From an uncultured Verrucomicrobiae bacterium (GTDB lineage: Bacteria; Verrucomicrobiota; Verrucomicrobiia; Limisphaerales; UBA11358), in assembly GCA_963806905.1 (NCBI GenBank), contig CAWEAA010000008.1:588336-652335 (forward strand): a DNA stretch of 64,000 bases, read 5' to 3'. A program made the translations under genes and the position numbers. Under the pieces are notes generated by a model. It saw nothing but the letters and a program-made list of their open reading frames with translations, made no database searches and was not told where the DNA came from. This document shows positions 10,909-21,282 of this stretch, piece by piece; positions within the stretch are counted from its first letter, which is position 1, and each line of letters starts with the position of its first letter.

Positions 10909-12780
10909 ATGGAAAATCTGGCCTGCGGACGAGACCAAAATCTTCGACGAGCCTTTTCAAACTGGATCGGACTGGCGGTTGTCGCGGTGGCGTTCGCTTT
11001 CGCCGCCGTAATGACCTGGCGCAAATGGCCGGACCTCATCGGGGATTTCGGAGTGCAGATGTACATCCCGTGGCGGCTTTCCGAAGGCGCCGTGCTGTAT
11101 CGGGACATCTTCTATTTTACCGGCGGGCCGCTGTCGCAGTATTACCACGCCCTGCTCTTCAAAGTTTTCGGCGTTTCCTTCCTCACGATCATCATCGCCA
11201 ACCTGGCCGCGGTGGCCGCCTTGCTGTGGCTGACCTATCGCCGGTTTCTGGCGGCGGCGGACGCCTGGACGGCAACTGCCATCGGCCTCGGCATCGTGCT
11301 GGTTTTCGCATTCGCCCAATACGTCACCATCGCAAACTACAATTACATCACGCCTTATTCCCACGAGGCGTTGCATGGATTGATCCTCTCGATTCTGGCG
11401 GTGGCGCTGTTGTCGGACTGGATGACAATGGAACGGCGGCAGTTCGCGATTGGAGCCGGCTTTTGCGCCGGCCTGGTATTTCTCACCAAGCCGGACATTT
11501 TTCTGGCGCTGGCAATTTGTGTCGTTGCCGCGTTTACGCTGCATGGCATCGTCCAGCAACGCACGGGGTTTGCCGCGAAATCGGCGGCAGGATTTGTACT
11601 GGCGGCAGGGTTGCCGGCGTTGGGATTTTTCCTCTTTTTTCTGGGCCGGGAAAACTGGCGGGAAAGCCTGCGCTCGGTGCTGGCCGGCTGGACACCGTTG
11701 TTCCAGACCGGTGTGGTGAAAGATCCGTATTACCAATGGTGCCTGGGCTTCGATCAGCCCGCGACGCACCTGCGCGACCTCGCCGTTCAATCCGTTTTTG
11801 CCGTCGCCGCGCTTGTCCTTCTTGCGCTTGTTTTCCGCGCCGTAAGAAATCAAAAGCCCGGCGTGCAATGGACGATCTTACTCGTGCTGGTTGTCCCGGC
11901 CGTGCTGGCGATCGCGCGGTTTGACGTGAGCGGTTGCGGAGCCGCTTTGCCGTTGCTGGCGGCTTCTGCGTGCGTTCTGCTGCGCCGGCAATATCAGAAA
12001 TCCCCCGATGAAAACGCGATAGTGTTCCCGCTGTTATGGAATGTCTTCGGCCTGGTGCTGCTGCTGAAAATGGGCTTGTTTCCGCGCCTCTTTCAGTATG
12101 GATTTGTGCTGGCAATGCCGGCGTTCGTCGGCGCGGTTTATCTGCTGCTCTGGTTGCTGCCGCGGTTGCTGGAAGGGAAATTTCAAGTTCCCCAACGGTA
12201 TCTCCGCGTGGCGGTCGGACTGATGCTATTGGCCGGCTTTGTCCGCCTGTTTCAACAGTCGGAACAGTTTTATGCCGCAAAAAACCTGGCGGTGGGCCGC
12301 GGCGGAGACCGGATCATCGCCGCCGGCCCGTCGGGCAACGCCACGGAAGCCCGCACCATGGAAACGGCGCTGGAATGGATCGCAAAAAACGTTCCACCGG
12401 ACGCAACGCTCGCTGCCCTGCCGCAGGGCGCCATGATCAATTATTTCAGCCGCCACATCAATCCGACGCCGTGCGTGGATTGGAACCCGAACATGCTGCA
12501 GGTGTTCGGCGAGTTGAACATGACGGCAGCCTTTGAGAAAACGCCGCCGGATTACGTGGCGCTCGTGGAATGGAAACCCTTTGAATTCGGCGTGGACTAC
12601 TTTGGCCGCGACCCGGGCTACGGCATGGAGATCATGCAATGGATCAAGGCGCGCTATCAGCCCGTGCAATTGATCGGCCAGGAACCGCTCCAAAACGGGT
12701 TGTTCGGTATCAAAATCCTGAAACGCGATCCGACCAACTCTGTGACGACATCCGTGCAAGCGCGGCAAGGCAAAAAATAA
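10909..12780 (+). CDS. Polytopic membrane protein, putative GT-C (ArnT/PMT-like) glycosyltransferase
   Basis: 623 aa, about 12 predicted TM helices followed by a soluble C-terminal domain. The architecture resembles GT39/GT83-type enzymes, but no catalytic motif was verified. Confidence 0.4.
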   Translation: MENLACGRDQNLRRAFSNWIGLAVVAVAFAFAAVMTWRKWPDLIGDFGVQMYIPWRLSEGAVLYRDIFYFTGGPLSQYYHALLFKVFGVSFLTIIIANLAAVAALLWLTYRRFLAAADAWTATAIGLGIVLVFAFAQYVTIANYNYITPYSHEALHGLILSILAVALLSDWMTMERRQFAIGAGFCAGLVFLTKPDIFLALAICVVAAFTLHGIVQQRTGFAAKSAAGFVLAAGLPALGFFLFFLGRENWRESLRSVLAGWTPLFQTGVVKDPYYQWCLGFDQPATHLRDLAVQSVFAVAALVLLALVFRAVRNQKPGVQWTILLVLVVPAVLAIARFDVSGCGAALPLLAASACVLLRRQYQKSPDENAIVFPLLWNVFGLVLLLKMGLFPRLFQYGFVLAMPAFVGAVYLLLWLLPRLLEGKFQVPQRYLRVAVGLMLLAGFVRLFQQSEQFYAAKNLAVGRGGDRIIAAGPSGNATEARTMETALEWIAKNVPPDATLAALPQGAMINYFSRHINPTPCVDWNPNMLQVFGELNMTAAFEKTPPDYVALVEWKPFEFGVDYFGRDPGYGMEIMQWIKARYQPVQLIGQEPLQNGLFGIKILKRDPTNSVTTSVQARQGKK

Positions 12781-12915
12781 TAGCGGTGTCCGACTGCCGC
12801 CTCCAGGCCGCTTTTTGCGCTCGCGAGCCGCCATCTATTTTTCCAAACTCGCGCCCACCTTGCGCTAATCTGCAAGCAAAATCTCGTTGAATTCATCGGC
12901 CCGTTCGCCGCCGCA

Positions 12916-13848
12916 TCATTGGCGCCGGTCATCGAACCGGGGCGCAGCCCATTTTGAAATGTCAGACCGGGATCTGCCGAATCGAGCTGCAACCAACTTC
13001 AGGAACTCGTTGGCGGCACGACCGGGCGGACGTTGTTTCGGCCAGACGGCGACGATTTTTCGCTGCGGCTTCGGTGACCGTAGCGAGCGATACTCCGGCA
13101 AATCCTTGCACCCGTCCCGCGCCGCCATCGCCGGAATCAGCGAAATGCTAAACCCCGAAGAGACGAGCGCCTGAATCGTCTCGAGTTGGGTGCTGCGAAA
13201 GCTGATTTTGGGCTTCACGTCACGGCGGTCGCAGAAGCCCAGCACCTGGTCGCCGAGACAATGGCCCTCTTTCATCACGATCAACCGTTCGCCTTTCAGG
13301 TCGGCGACCGCCACGGTGCGTTTGCGCGTGAGTGGATGGCCCGGCGGGAGTGCCACCAACAGCTCGTCGAAAAACAACTCCTTCACCTCCAAACGCTCGT
13401 CCCGAATCGGTTGACTGGCCAGGGCGAAGTCAATTTCATAACCGTCCGCGAGCTTGAGCAGTTGCGCGGTGGTGTCTTCCTGCACTACGGTCTCCACGCC
13501 GGGAAATTTTTCCATGAATTCCACCAGCACCACCGGCAGCAGATAGGGCGCGAGGGTTGGCAGCGCGCCGATGGTCTAGGTGCCGCGCAGCAAAGCCCGC
13601 GCGTCGGCCGCCTCGCGTTTGGCCGCGTCCACCTCTTCCAGAATACGTACCGCCCGCCGCAGAAACACCTCGCCGTGCGAGGTCAATTTCACCTCGCGTT
13701 TCATGCGGTCGAACAGCTGCTCGCCCAATTCGTCCTCGAGTTTTAGAATCTGCTGGCTCAACGAAGGCTGGGAGACAGGGCATTGCTCGGCGGCGCGGGA
13801 GAAGTTTCTGGATCGCGCCACGGCGACCGCGTAACGAAGTTGATGCAT
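12916..13848 (-). pseudogene. oxyR: OxyR-type LysR regulator interrupted by a single in-frame TAG (13576-13578)
   Basis: The HTH ORF (MHQLRYAVAVARSRNFSRAAEQC...LLRGT*) and the effector-domain ORF are in the same frame. Read-through gives GT*TIGALPTLAPYLLP. The segment MKEGHCLGDQVLGFC matches the E. coli OxyR Cys199/Cys208 segment (EDGHCLRDQAMGFC). The gene is divergent from katG. Confidence 0.85.
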
Positions 13849-13852
13849 TTCT

Positions 13853-13889
13853 ATAGGCAATGCCTATGATGGCAAAAGGAAAAAAGTAT
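13853..13889. promoter_or_regulatory. OxyR/LysR-type operator in the oxyR-katG divergent intergenic region
   Basis: Perfect ATAGgcaatgcCTAT (ATAG-N7-CTAT) at 13853-13867. A degenerate second dyad, AAAGgaaaaaaGTAT, follows 7 nt later (13875-13889). The site is 5 nt from the oxyR ATG and 59-95 nt upstream of the katG ATG. Confidence 0.6.
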
Positions 13890-13920
13890 TTCAACAATAG
13901 CCCTCGAAATGCTTCAATGA

Positions 13921-16146
<2,226 letters not shown>

Positions 16147-16174
16147 CCGCTAATCGTTCGTCGATCGAGCCATC

Positions 16175-16370
16175 GCCTGCTTGCTGGAGCATGGTGCGGA
16201 CGCGGATCGCCGGAATGATCGTGGACAAACCCCCGCTGGGCGGCGCGGCTTTCAAAAGCTACGGAGAAATTATTGCCGCGCTGCTCGAACACGGCGCGGA
16301 CATTGACGCCGACAACGGTGGCGGCATGACAGTCCCATCTTCCCAAGTCGCTAAGGCCAGACAAGGTTAG
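16175..16370 (+). pseudogene. Ankyrin-repeat gene remnant (5'-truncated and frameshifted) immediately downstream of katG
   Basis: Frame 1 reads AIACLLEHGADADRRNDRGQTP. After the C5 run at 16230-16234 the ankyrin pattern continues in the +1 frame (LGGAAFKSYGEIIAALLEHGADIDADNGGG...*). No plausible full-length start exists because a stop at 16151 lies in frame upstream. Confidence 0.6.
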
Positions 16371-16538
16371 AGGGAAAGGCAGATACAAGAGGATAAAAGG
16401 TGAGGGCGGGCGTAAACACGCATTCTACTGAAAACGTCGAGGAAGCAAACTCATCAACCCCGAGGACAAATGATTTGCCGCGCCCGCAAGCGCAAAAAAA
16501 CACTTTTCATTTTCGCGCCGCATGTTTTAGTAAGCCGT

Positions 16539-18035
16539 ATGACGCCCAATTTCCGGCATTTTCTTGCCATCGTCGTTTTGTTTATGAGCGCAAAACTAAC
16601 TTATGCCGCTTCAGCCGAACTTGGAATCTTTTCGCACCAACGCGACATCGGCAACGTCGCCAGGCACGGTTTGGTGGACTTTAACCCGGCCACCGGCGAA
16701 TATCTCATCGCGGGCGGCGGCGAAAACATGTGGTTCACCAACGACGCCTTCCATTTCGTCTGGAAGAAGATGTCGGGCGATTTTATGTTGACGGCGGACG
16801 TCAAATTCATCGGCACCGGCGGCAATCCGCATCGCAAGGCGTGCCTGCTTATCCGCCAGTCGCTCCAGCCGGACTCGGTTTACGCGGACGTCGCTTTTCA
16901 TGGCAGCGGCCTGACGGCGCTTCAATACCGCGACGCGCCGGACGGTACAACGCATGAAATTCAATCGAACATTTCAGCCCCCGCGCGGATGCGAATCGAA
17001 AAACGCGGCGATTACATTTCAATGTGGCTTGCGGCCGCGGGTGAAGACCTGAAACCTGCCGGTGGTTATCTGCAGATTCCGTTCAAGGGGAAATTTTATG
17101 TCGGCCTCGGTGTTTGCGCGCACGACAACAAGGCCATTGAAAAAGCGGTTTTCTCGAACGTCGAACTCAAGCGGGTTTCCACACCCGACAAGGCCCAGCC
17201 GGTCCTCGAAAGCACGCTCGAAACAGTCGCCGCCGCATCCAGCGATCGAAGCGTGGTTTATCGCACCCGCGACCACATTGAAGCGCCGAACTGGTCACCG
17301 GACGGAAAATTTTTCCTCTTCAACAGCAACGGGCGGATTTACAAATTGTCGGTGAAGGGCGGCACGCCGGAGCCGATAAACACCGGGGACCAAATTCATT
17401 GCAACAACGACCACGGCCTCTCGCCCGACGGAATGCAACTAGCCATCAGCGATCAAACCCAGGACGGCAAATCGCGCATTTACGTTTTGCCGGTGGCGGG
17501 CGGCACACCGCGGCTGGTCACACCGCTGGGGCCGTCGTATTGGCACGGCTGGTCGCCTGATGGCAAAACGCTCGCGTATTGCGCGGAACGAAACGGTCAG
17601 TTCGGCATTTCCACGATTCCGGTTGACGGCGGGAAAGAAACCCGCCTGACTACCGCACCCGGTCTGGATGACGGCCCGGATTACTCGCCGGACGGGAAAT
17701 ATATTTATTTTAATTCCGACCGGACTGGCCTGATGCAAATCTGGCGGATGAGGCCGGACGGCACGGAGCAGGAGCAAATCACTTCCGACGATTACAACAA
17801 CTGGTTCGCGCATCCGTCACCGAACGGCCGGTGGATCGTTTTTCTCTCGTACGCAAAAGATGTGAAGGGGCATCCCGCAAACAAGGATGTGCTGCTCCGG
17901 CTCATGTCGCTCTCGGACAAAAAAATCCAAGTGCTGGCGAAATTGTTCGGTGGGCAGGGAACGATCAACGTTCCATCCTGGTCCCCAGACAGTCAGACTG
18001 TGGCCTTTGTCAGCTATCAATTGGTTTATCCGTAA
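16539..18035 (+). CDS. Secreted protein: N-terminal concanavalin/DUF1349-like domain + TolB-like PD40 beta-propeller
   Basis: Signal peptide [23 protein letters not shown]. Repeated [40 protein letters not shown] motifs are typical of PD40 repeats. Confidence 0.75.
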   Translation: MTPNFRHFLAIVVLFMSAKLTYAASAELGIFSHQRDIGNVARHGLVDFNPATGEYLIAGGGENMWFTNDAFHFVWKKMSGDFMLTADVKFIGTGGNPHRKACLLIRQSLQPDSVYADVAFHGSGLTALQYRDAPDGTTHEIQSNISAPARMRIEKRGDYISMWLAAAGEDLKPAGGYLQIPFKGKFYVGLGVCAHDNKAIEKAVFSNVELKRVSTPDKAQPVLESTLETVAAASSDRSVVYRTRDHIEAPNWSPDGKFFLFNSNGRIYKLSVKGGTPEPINTGDQIHCNNDHGLSPDGMQLAISDQTQDGKSRIYVLPVAGGTPRLVTPLGPSYWHGWSPDGKTLAYCAERNGQFGISTIPVDGGKETRLTTAPGLDDGPDYSPDGKYIYFNSDRTGLMQIWRMRPDGTEQEQITSDDYNNWFAHPSPNGRWIVFLSYAKDVKGHPANKDVLLRLMSLSDKKIQVLAKLFGGQGTINVPSWSPDSQTVAFVSYQLVYP

Positions 18036-18075
18036 CGGTTCATTTCCATTCTGGAAACAAATGAAAATGTGCATC

Positions 18076-18144
18076 GTAGCGGTGTCTCGGCAGAGCGCCG
18101 TATTTTGCTGTTGAACTGTCCGGCTTTCTGCCGAAAGCCGCTAC
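18076..18144. repeat. Inverted doublet of GTAG-headed imperfect palindromes (REPIN-like)
   Basis: GTAGCGGTGTCTCGGCAGAGCGCCG (18076-18100). The reverse complement of 18121-18144 is GTAGCGGCTTTCGGCAGAAAGCCG. Each unit can fold as a hairpin. Located between the PD40 gene and the DUF167 gene. Confidence 0.55.
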
Positions 18145-18158
18145 GCCTATAACGCAAC

Positions 18159-18449
18159 GTGCCGCTTCCGAATTTTCTCCGCGAACAGCCGGACGGAGTT
18201 TTATTGTCAGTAAAACTGCAGCCGCGCGCGTCCACCGATGAAATTGGAACGCCGCTGGGCGACGAATTAAAAATCAAAGTAACCGCCCCGCCTGTGGATG
18301 CCGCGGCAAACATGGCGCTGATTGACTTACTTGCCGAAAAATTGGATTGCAGTCGCAACCGGATTGAGCTGGTTCGTGGCCACAAATCGCGGCACAAGAT
18401 TGTCAGGCTTCACGGTTTTACGGTGGAAGAGGTATTCAAGAAATTGTAA
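18159..18449 (+). CDS. DUF167 (YggU-like) family protein
   Basis: 96 aa with a GTG start. GVLLSVKLQPRASTDEI...LKIKVTAPPVDAAANMALIDLLA...VRGHKSRHKIV matches the YggU/DUF167 pattern. Confidence 0.75.
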   Translation: MPLPNFLREQPDGVLLSVKLQPRASTDEIGTPLGDELKIKVTAPPVDAAANMALIDLLAEKLDCSRNRIELVRGHKSRHKIVRLHGFTVEEVFKKL

Positions 18450-19971
18450 TTTGCCCTGCCAGCTCCTCCGCCGGGTAAGTCCAGATTTCAGCAAGTGTCG
18501 GATGGTAATGCGGCATCGCGGCAAGCTCGTGAACGGTCATGTGCTTGGCCATCGCGGCGACGATTTCGTGAATCAATTCACCCCCGACCGGCCCGACGCA
18601 CGCGCCGCCGAGAATTTCGCCCGCCCGCGTGGCCGAAGCTCCACCGGCTTGTTTTCCCGCATCGCTGCTTGAACTGCCTGCGTTCAGTGAACCCGCTGGC
18701 ACTACGGCGCGGCGAAGGCCCGACTTCGGGTCGGCCAGCAGTTTTACAAAACCGTCCTTGGCTTCCATGATGAGCGATTTGCCGTGGTCGTTGAACGGAT
18801 AGCCGGCCACTAAAAAAGAGATGCCGCGCGCCTTGGCTTCTTTTTCCGTCAAACCGACAAAAGCCACCTGCGGTTCGGTGAACACGACTGAAATCAGCAG
18901 CCGGTAATCCATTTTTCGCGGCGCGTTTGGATGGGCAATGTTGTGCGCGGCGATTTCGCCCTGCTGGACGGCGATATGCACAATTTCGTGCGGCCCGGTA
19001 CAATCGCCGGCAGTGTAAATATGCGGTGCGCTCGTCTGCATGAAGGCGTTTGCAATGATGCGGCCGTTGGCGGTGGCGACCCCGGCCTTTTCCAAACTCA
19101 GCGACGCCGTGTTCGGCACACGGCCCAGCGCGAACAAAATTTCTTCAGCGGAAACGGAAACTACTTTGCTGTTATGTTCAAACGAAACAGTCTTCAGCCC
19201 GCGTTTGTGCCGCGCACCGATCAACTTTGTGTCGGTGAAAACCTTGACACCTCCGCGCCGGAAAACCTTTTCGATTTCTGCCGCGGCGTCGGTGTCGAAT
19301 TCCTTCAAAATGTGTTGGCTGCGCTGGATGAGTGTGACCTTGACGCCGAACCGCACGAAGAACTGGGCGAACTCACATGCAACCGCCCCGCCACCGAGGA
19401 CGATGAGTGATTTCGGCAATCGCTTGAGCGCCAGCGCGTCATCGCTCGTGATGTAACCGGTTTCGCAGAGTTGAGGCAAAGGCGGCGCAACGTTTGAGCC
19501 GGTGGCGATGATGAAGTATCTGGCGGTGAGTTTGGTAGGGACGCGCTGCTGCGCGTCTTGGCCGACCGGCAGGTCGGCCCTACCGAGTTCAACAGTATGT
19601 GCATCCACAAACTGCGCATTGGCGCGGATGAATTTGAATTTTCCTGCGTTGAGCTGCTTAACGCGGTAGTCAGCAAAATCCTTGATAAGCGCATTTTTTC
19701 GCGCCATCACCTTTTTGAAATCAAAGCCGACTTTTCCGGCGCAGATGCCCCACGGTTCGGAATGACCGGCTAGATGCATGACTTCGGAGGCGTAAAGCAG
19801 CGCTTTGGTCGGCATACAACCGCGCAGGATGCACAAACCGCCAACGTCTTCGCCACCTTCGATGACGATTGTTTTCAAACCCGCGCTGGCCGCCGTTCGC
19901 GCCGCCGCGTAGCCGCCGCTGCCGCCGCCAATCACCGCCACGTCAAAATCGTATCCGCCACGCTGCTTCAT
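18436..19971 (-). CDS. FAD-dependent pyridine nucleotide-disulfide oxidoreductase (dihydrolipoyl dehydrogenase / mercuric reductase-like class I)
   Basis: YDFDVAVIGGGSGGYAAA FAD fold and the redox-active GGLCILRGCMPTK disulfide. A C-terminal dimerisation domain is present. The start was taken at MKQRGG (19971). Confidence 0.8.
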   Translation of the reverse strand: MKQRGGYDFDVAVIGGGSGGYAAARTAASAGLKTIVIEGGEDVGGLCILRGCMPTKALLYASEVMHLAGHSEPWGICAGKVGFDFKKVMARKNALIKDFADYRVKQLNAGKFKFIRANAQFVDAHTVELGRADLPVGQDAQQRVPTKLTARYFIIATGSNVAPPLPQLCETGYITSDDALALKRLPKSLIVLGGGAVACEFAQFFVRFGVKVTLIQRSQHILKEFDTDAAAEIEKVFRRGGVKVFTDTKLIGARHKRGLKTVSFEHNSKVVSVSAEEILFALGRVPNTASLSLEKAGVATANGRIIANAFMQTSAPHIYTAGDCTGPHEIVHIAVQQGEIAAHNIAHPNAPRKMDYRLLISVVFTEPQVAFVGLTEKEAKARGISFLVAGYPFNDHGKSLIMEAKDGFVKLLADPKSGLRRAVVPAGSLNAGSSSSDAGKQAGGASATRAGEILGGACVGPVGGELIHEIVAAMAKHMTVHELAAMPHYHPTLAEIWTYPAEELAGQITIS

Positions 19972-20086
19972 GCTGCGAGCATGAGCCAGAACATTGGCGC
20001 TGACAAGAACGCAGCCGACGCCAGTCAATTTGCCTCACAGTCGAAATTTATTTGCCGCACGGATTTATTGCCCTGACAATGACTTC

Positions 20087-20770
20087 ATGAACTTGAACCG
20101 GGCCGCCCTGTTCTCATTGATTTGCTTTTTCGTCATCGCACCGCCGCGGGTTGCGCCGGGTGCCGAAACCGGACACGACTTTGGCAAATGGGAAAGCGAA
20201 ATCGCCGCGTTTGAAGCGATGGACCGCACCAATCCGCCGCCCAAGGACGCGCTGTTGTTCATCGGTTCCTCGACCATTCGAAAATGGACGACGCTGGCCA
20301 GAGATTTTCCGGATCAGCGGGTCATCAACCGTGGTTTCGGCGGGTCGGAAATTGTGGATTCCACCCACTTTGCCGACCGGATTGTTTTTCCCTATGCGCC
20401 GCGGATGATTTTCTTCCGCGCCGGGGGCAACGATCTCTGGGCCGGCAAATCACCGGAGGAAGTCTTTGCGGATTTCAAGGCATTCGTGGCCAGGGTCCGA
20501 ACCAAATTGCCCGAAACGGAAATTGTGTTTATCTCCTGGAGCCCGACCCCCGCGCGCTGGACACAGCGGGACAAGGAAAAGGCGCTGAATGCAATGGTGG
20601 AGGAATACGCGCGCCGGACGCCGCATCTGCAATACATCGAAACGTATGCCATGGTGCTGGGAGCCGACGGCAAGCCGCGCCCGGAACTTTTCCTCGCCGA
20701 CCAGCTTCATTACAACGTTGCAGGCTACAAATTGCTGGCGGAACGCGTGCGTCCCTTTCTGCCAAAATAG
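20087..20770 (+). CDS. Secreted SGNH/GDSL-type hydrolase (carbohydrate esterase-like)
   Basis: Signal peptide. SGNH blocks are present: FIGSSTI (I), NRGFGGSE (II), AGGNDL (III), DQLHYN (V). Confidence 0.75.
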   Translation: MNLNRAALFSLICFFVIAPPRVAPGAETGHDFGKWESEIAAFEAMDRTNPPPKDALLFIGSSTIRKWTTLARDFPDQRVINRGFGGSEIVDSTHFADRIVFPYAPRMIFFRAGGNDLWAGKSPEEVFADFKAFVARVRTKLPETEIVFISWSPTPARWTQRDKEKALNAMVEEYARRTPHLQYIETYAMVLGADGKPRPELFLADQLHYNVAGYKLLAERVRPFLPK

Positions 20771-20856
20771 CTTGAGCGGACTCACGTCCGTTGCCGCAAG
20801 CATGGCGAGGGATTCGTTTTGACAAACCGGTTCAACCATTCAACGATTCACGAACC

Positions 20857-21282
20857 ATGAGCGACATAATTTATCCGCGCAGCCCGCGCGAAACGATGGA
20901 CGGCTGGATGTATCTGCCGCGTTACCTTGACAAAATCCGCCTGCACCTGGCGGGCAAACTGCACGCCGATTATCAGGAGAATTTCGGCAAAGGTTTTGAC
21001 GGCATGTGGCTCAAAACCGCAGGCGTCACCCACGAGCAGATGATTGAGGTCGTAAAAAAATCTATCACCGACGGCGAGGTATGTGATTGGGTGCGCAAAA
21101 ACGTGAGAAAATCACCGGCGGACAAGGCTGCTCACGCCAAAGAGATGTTAAGCCGACCGTTGCCGAACGATGAAGCCGCCCTCGCGCGGCTCAAGATGCG
21201 CAAGGAGCAGTGCGGCGGCTCACACCGTGACGACGTCAAGACGTTCGTGGACGTGATTGACTTGGACGAAAAGCGGATTTAG
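20857..21282 (+). CDS. DUF5069-like protein
   Basis: 141 aa. YPRSPRETMDGWMYLPRYLDKIRLHLAGKL...F resembles the DUF5069 family, by recollection. The stop overlaps the convergent gene by 4 nt. Confidence 0.55.
   Translation: MSDIIYPRSPRETMDGWMYLPRYLDKIRLHLAGKLHADYQENFGKGFDGMWLKTAGVTHEQMIEVVKKSITDGEVCDWVRKNVRKSPADKAAHAKEMLSRPLPNDEAALARLKMRKEQCGGSHRDDVKTFVDVIDLDEKRI

Noticed and set aside
13576-13578. Possibility that TAG is reassigned (e.g. to Gln/Leu/Pyl) because two intact-looking genes contain in-frame TAG
   Set aside because: TAG clearly terminates secA (1575), the ORFs ending at 6968 and 20770, trpA (37076), the guanylyltransferase (38344) and typA (41035) at positions consistent with full-length proteins. 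No Pyl machinery or suppressor tRNA is visible in the window.
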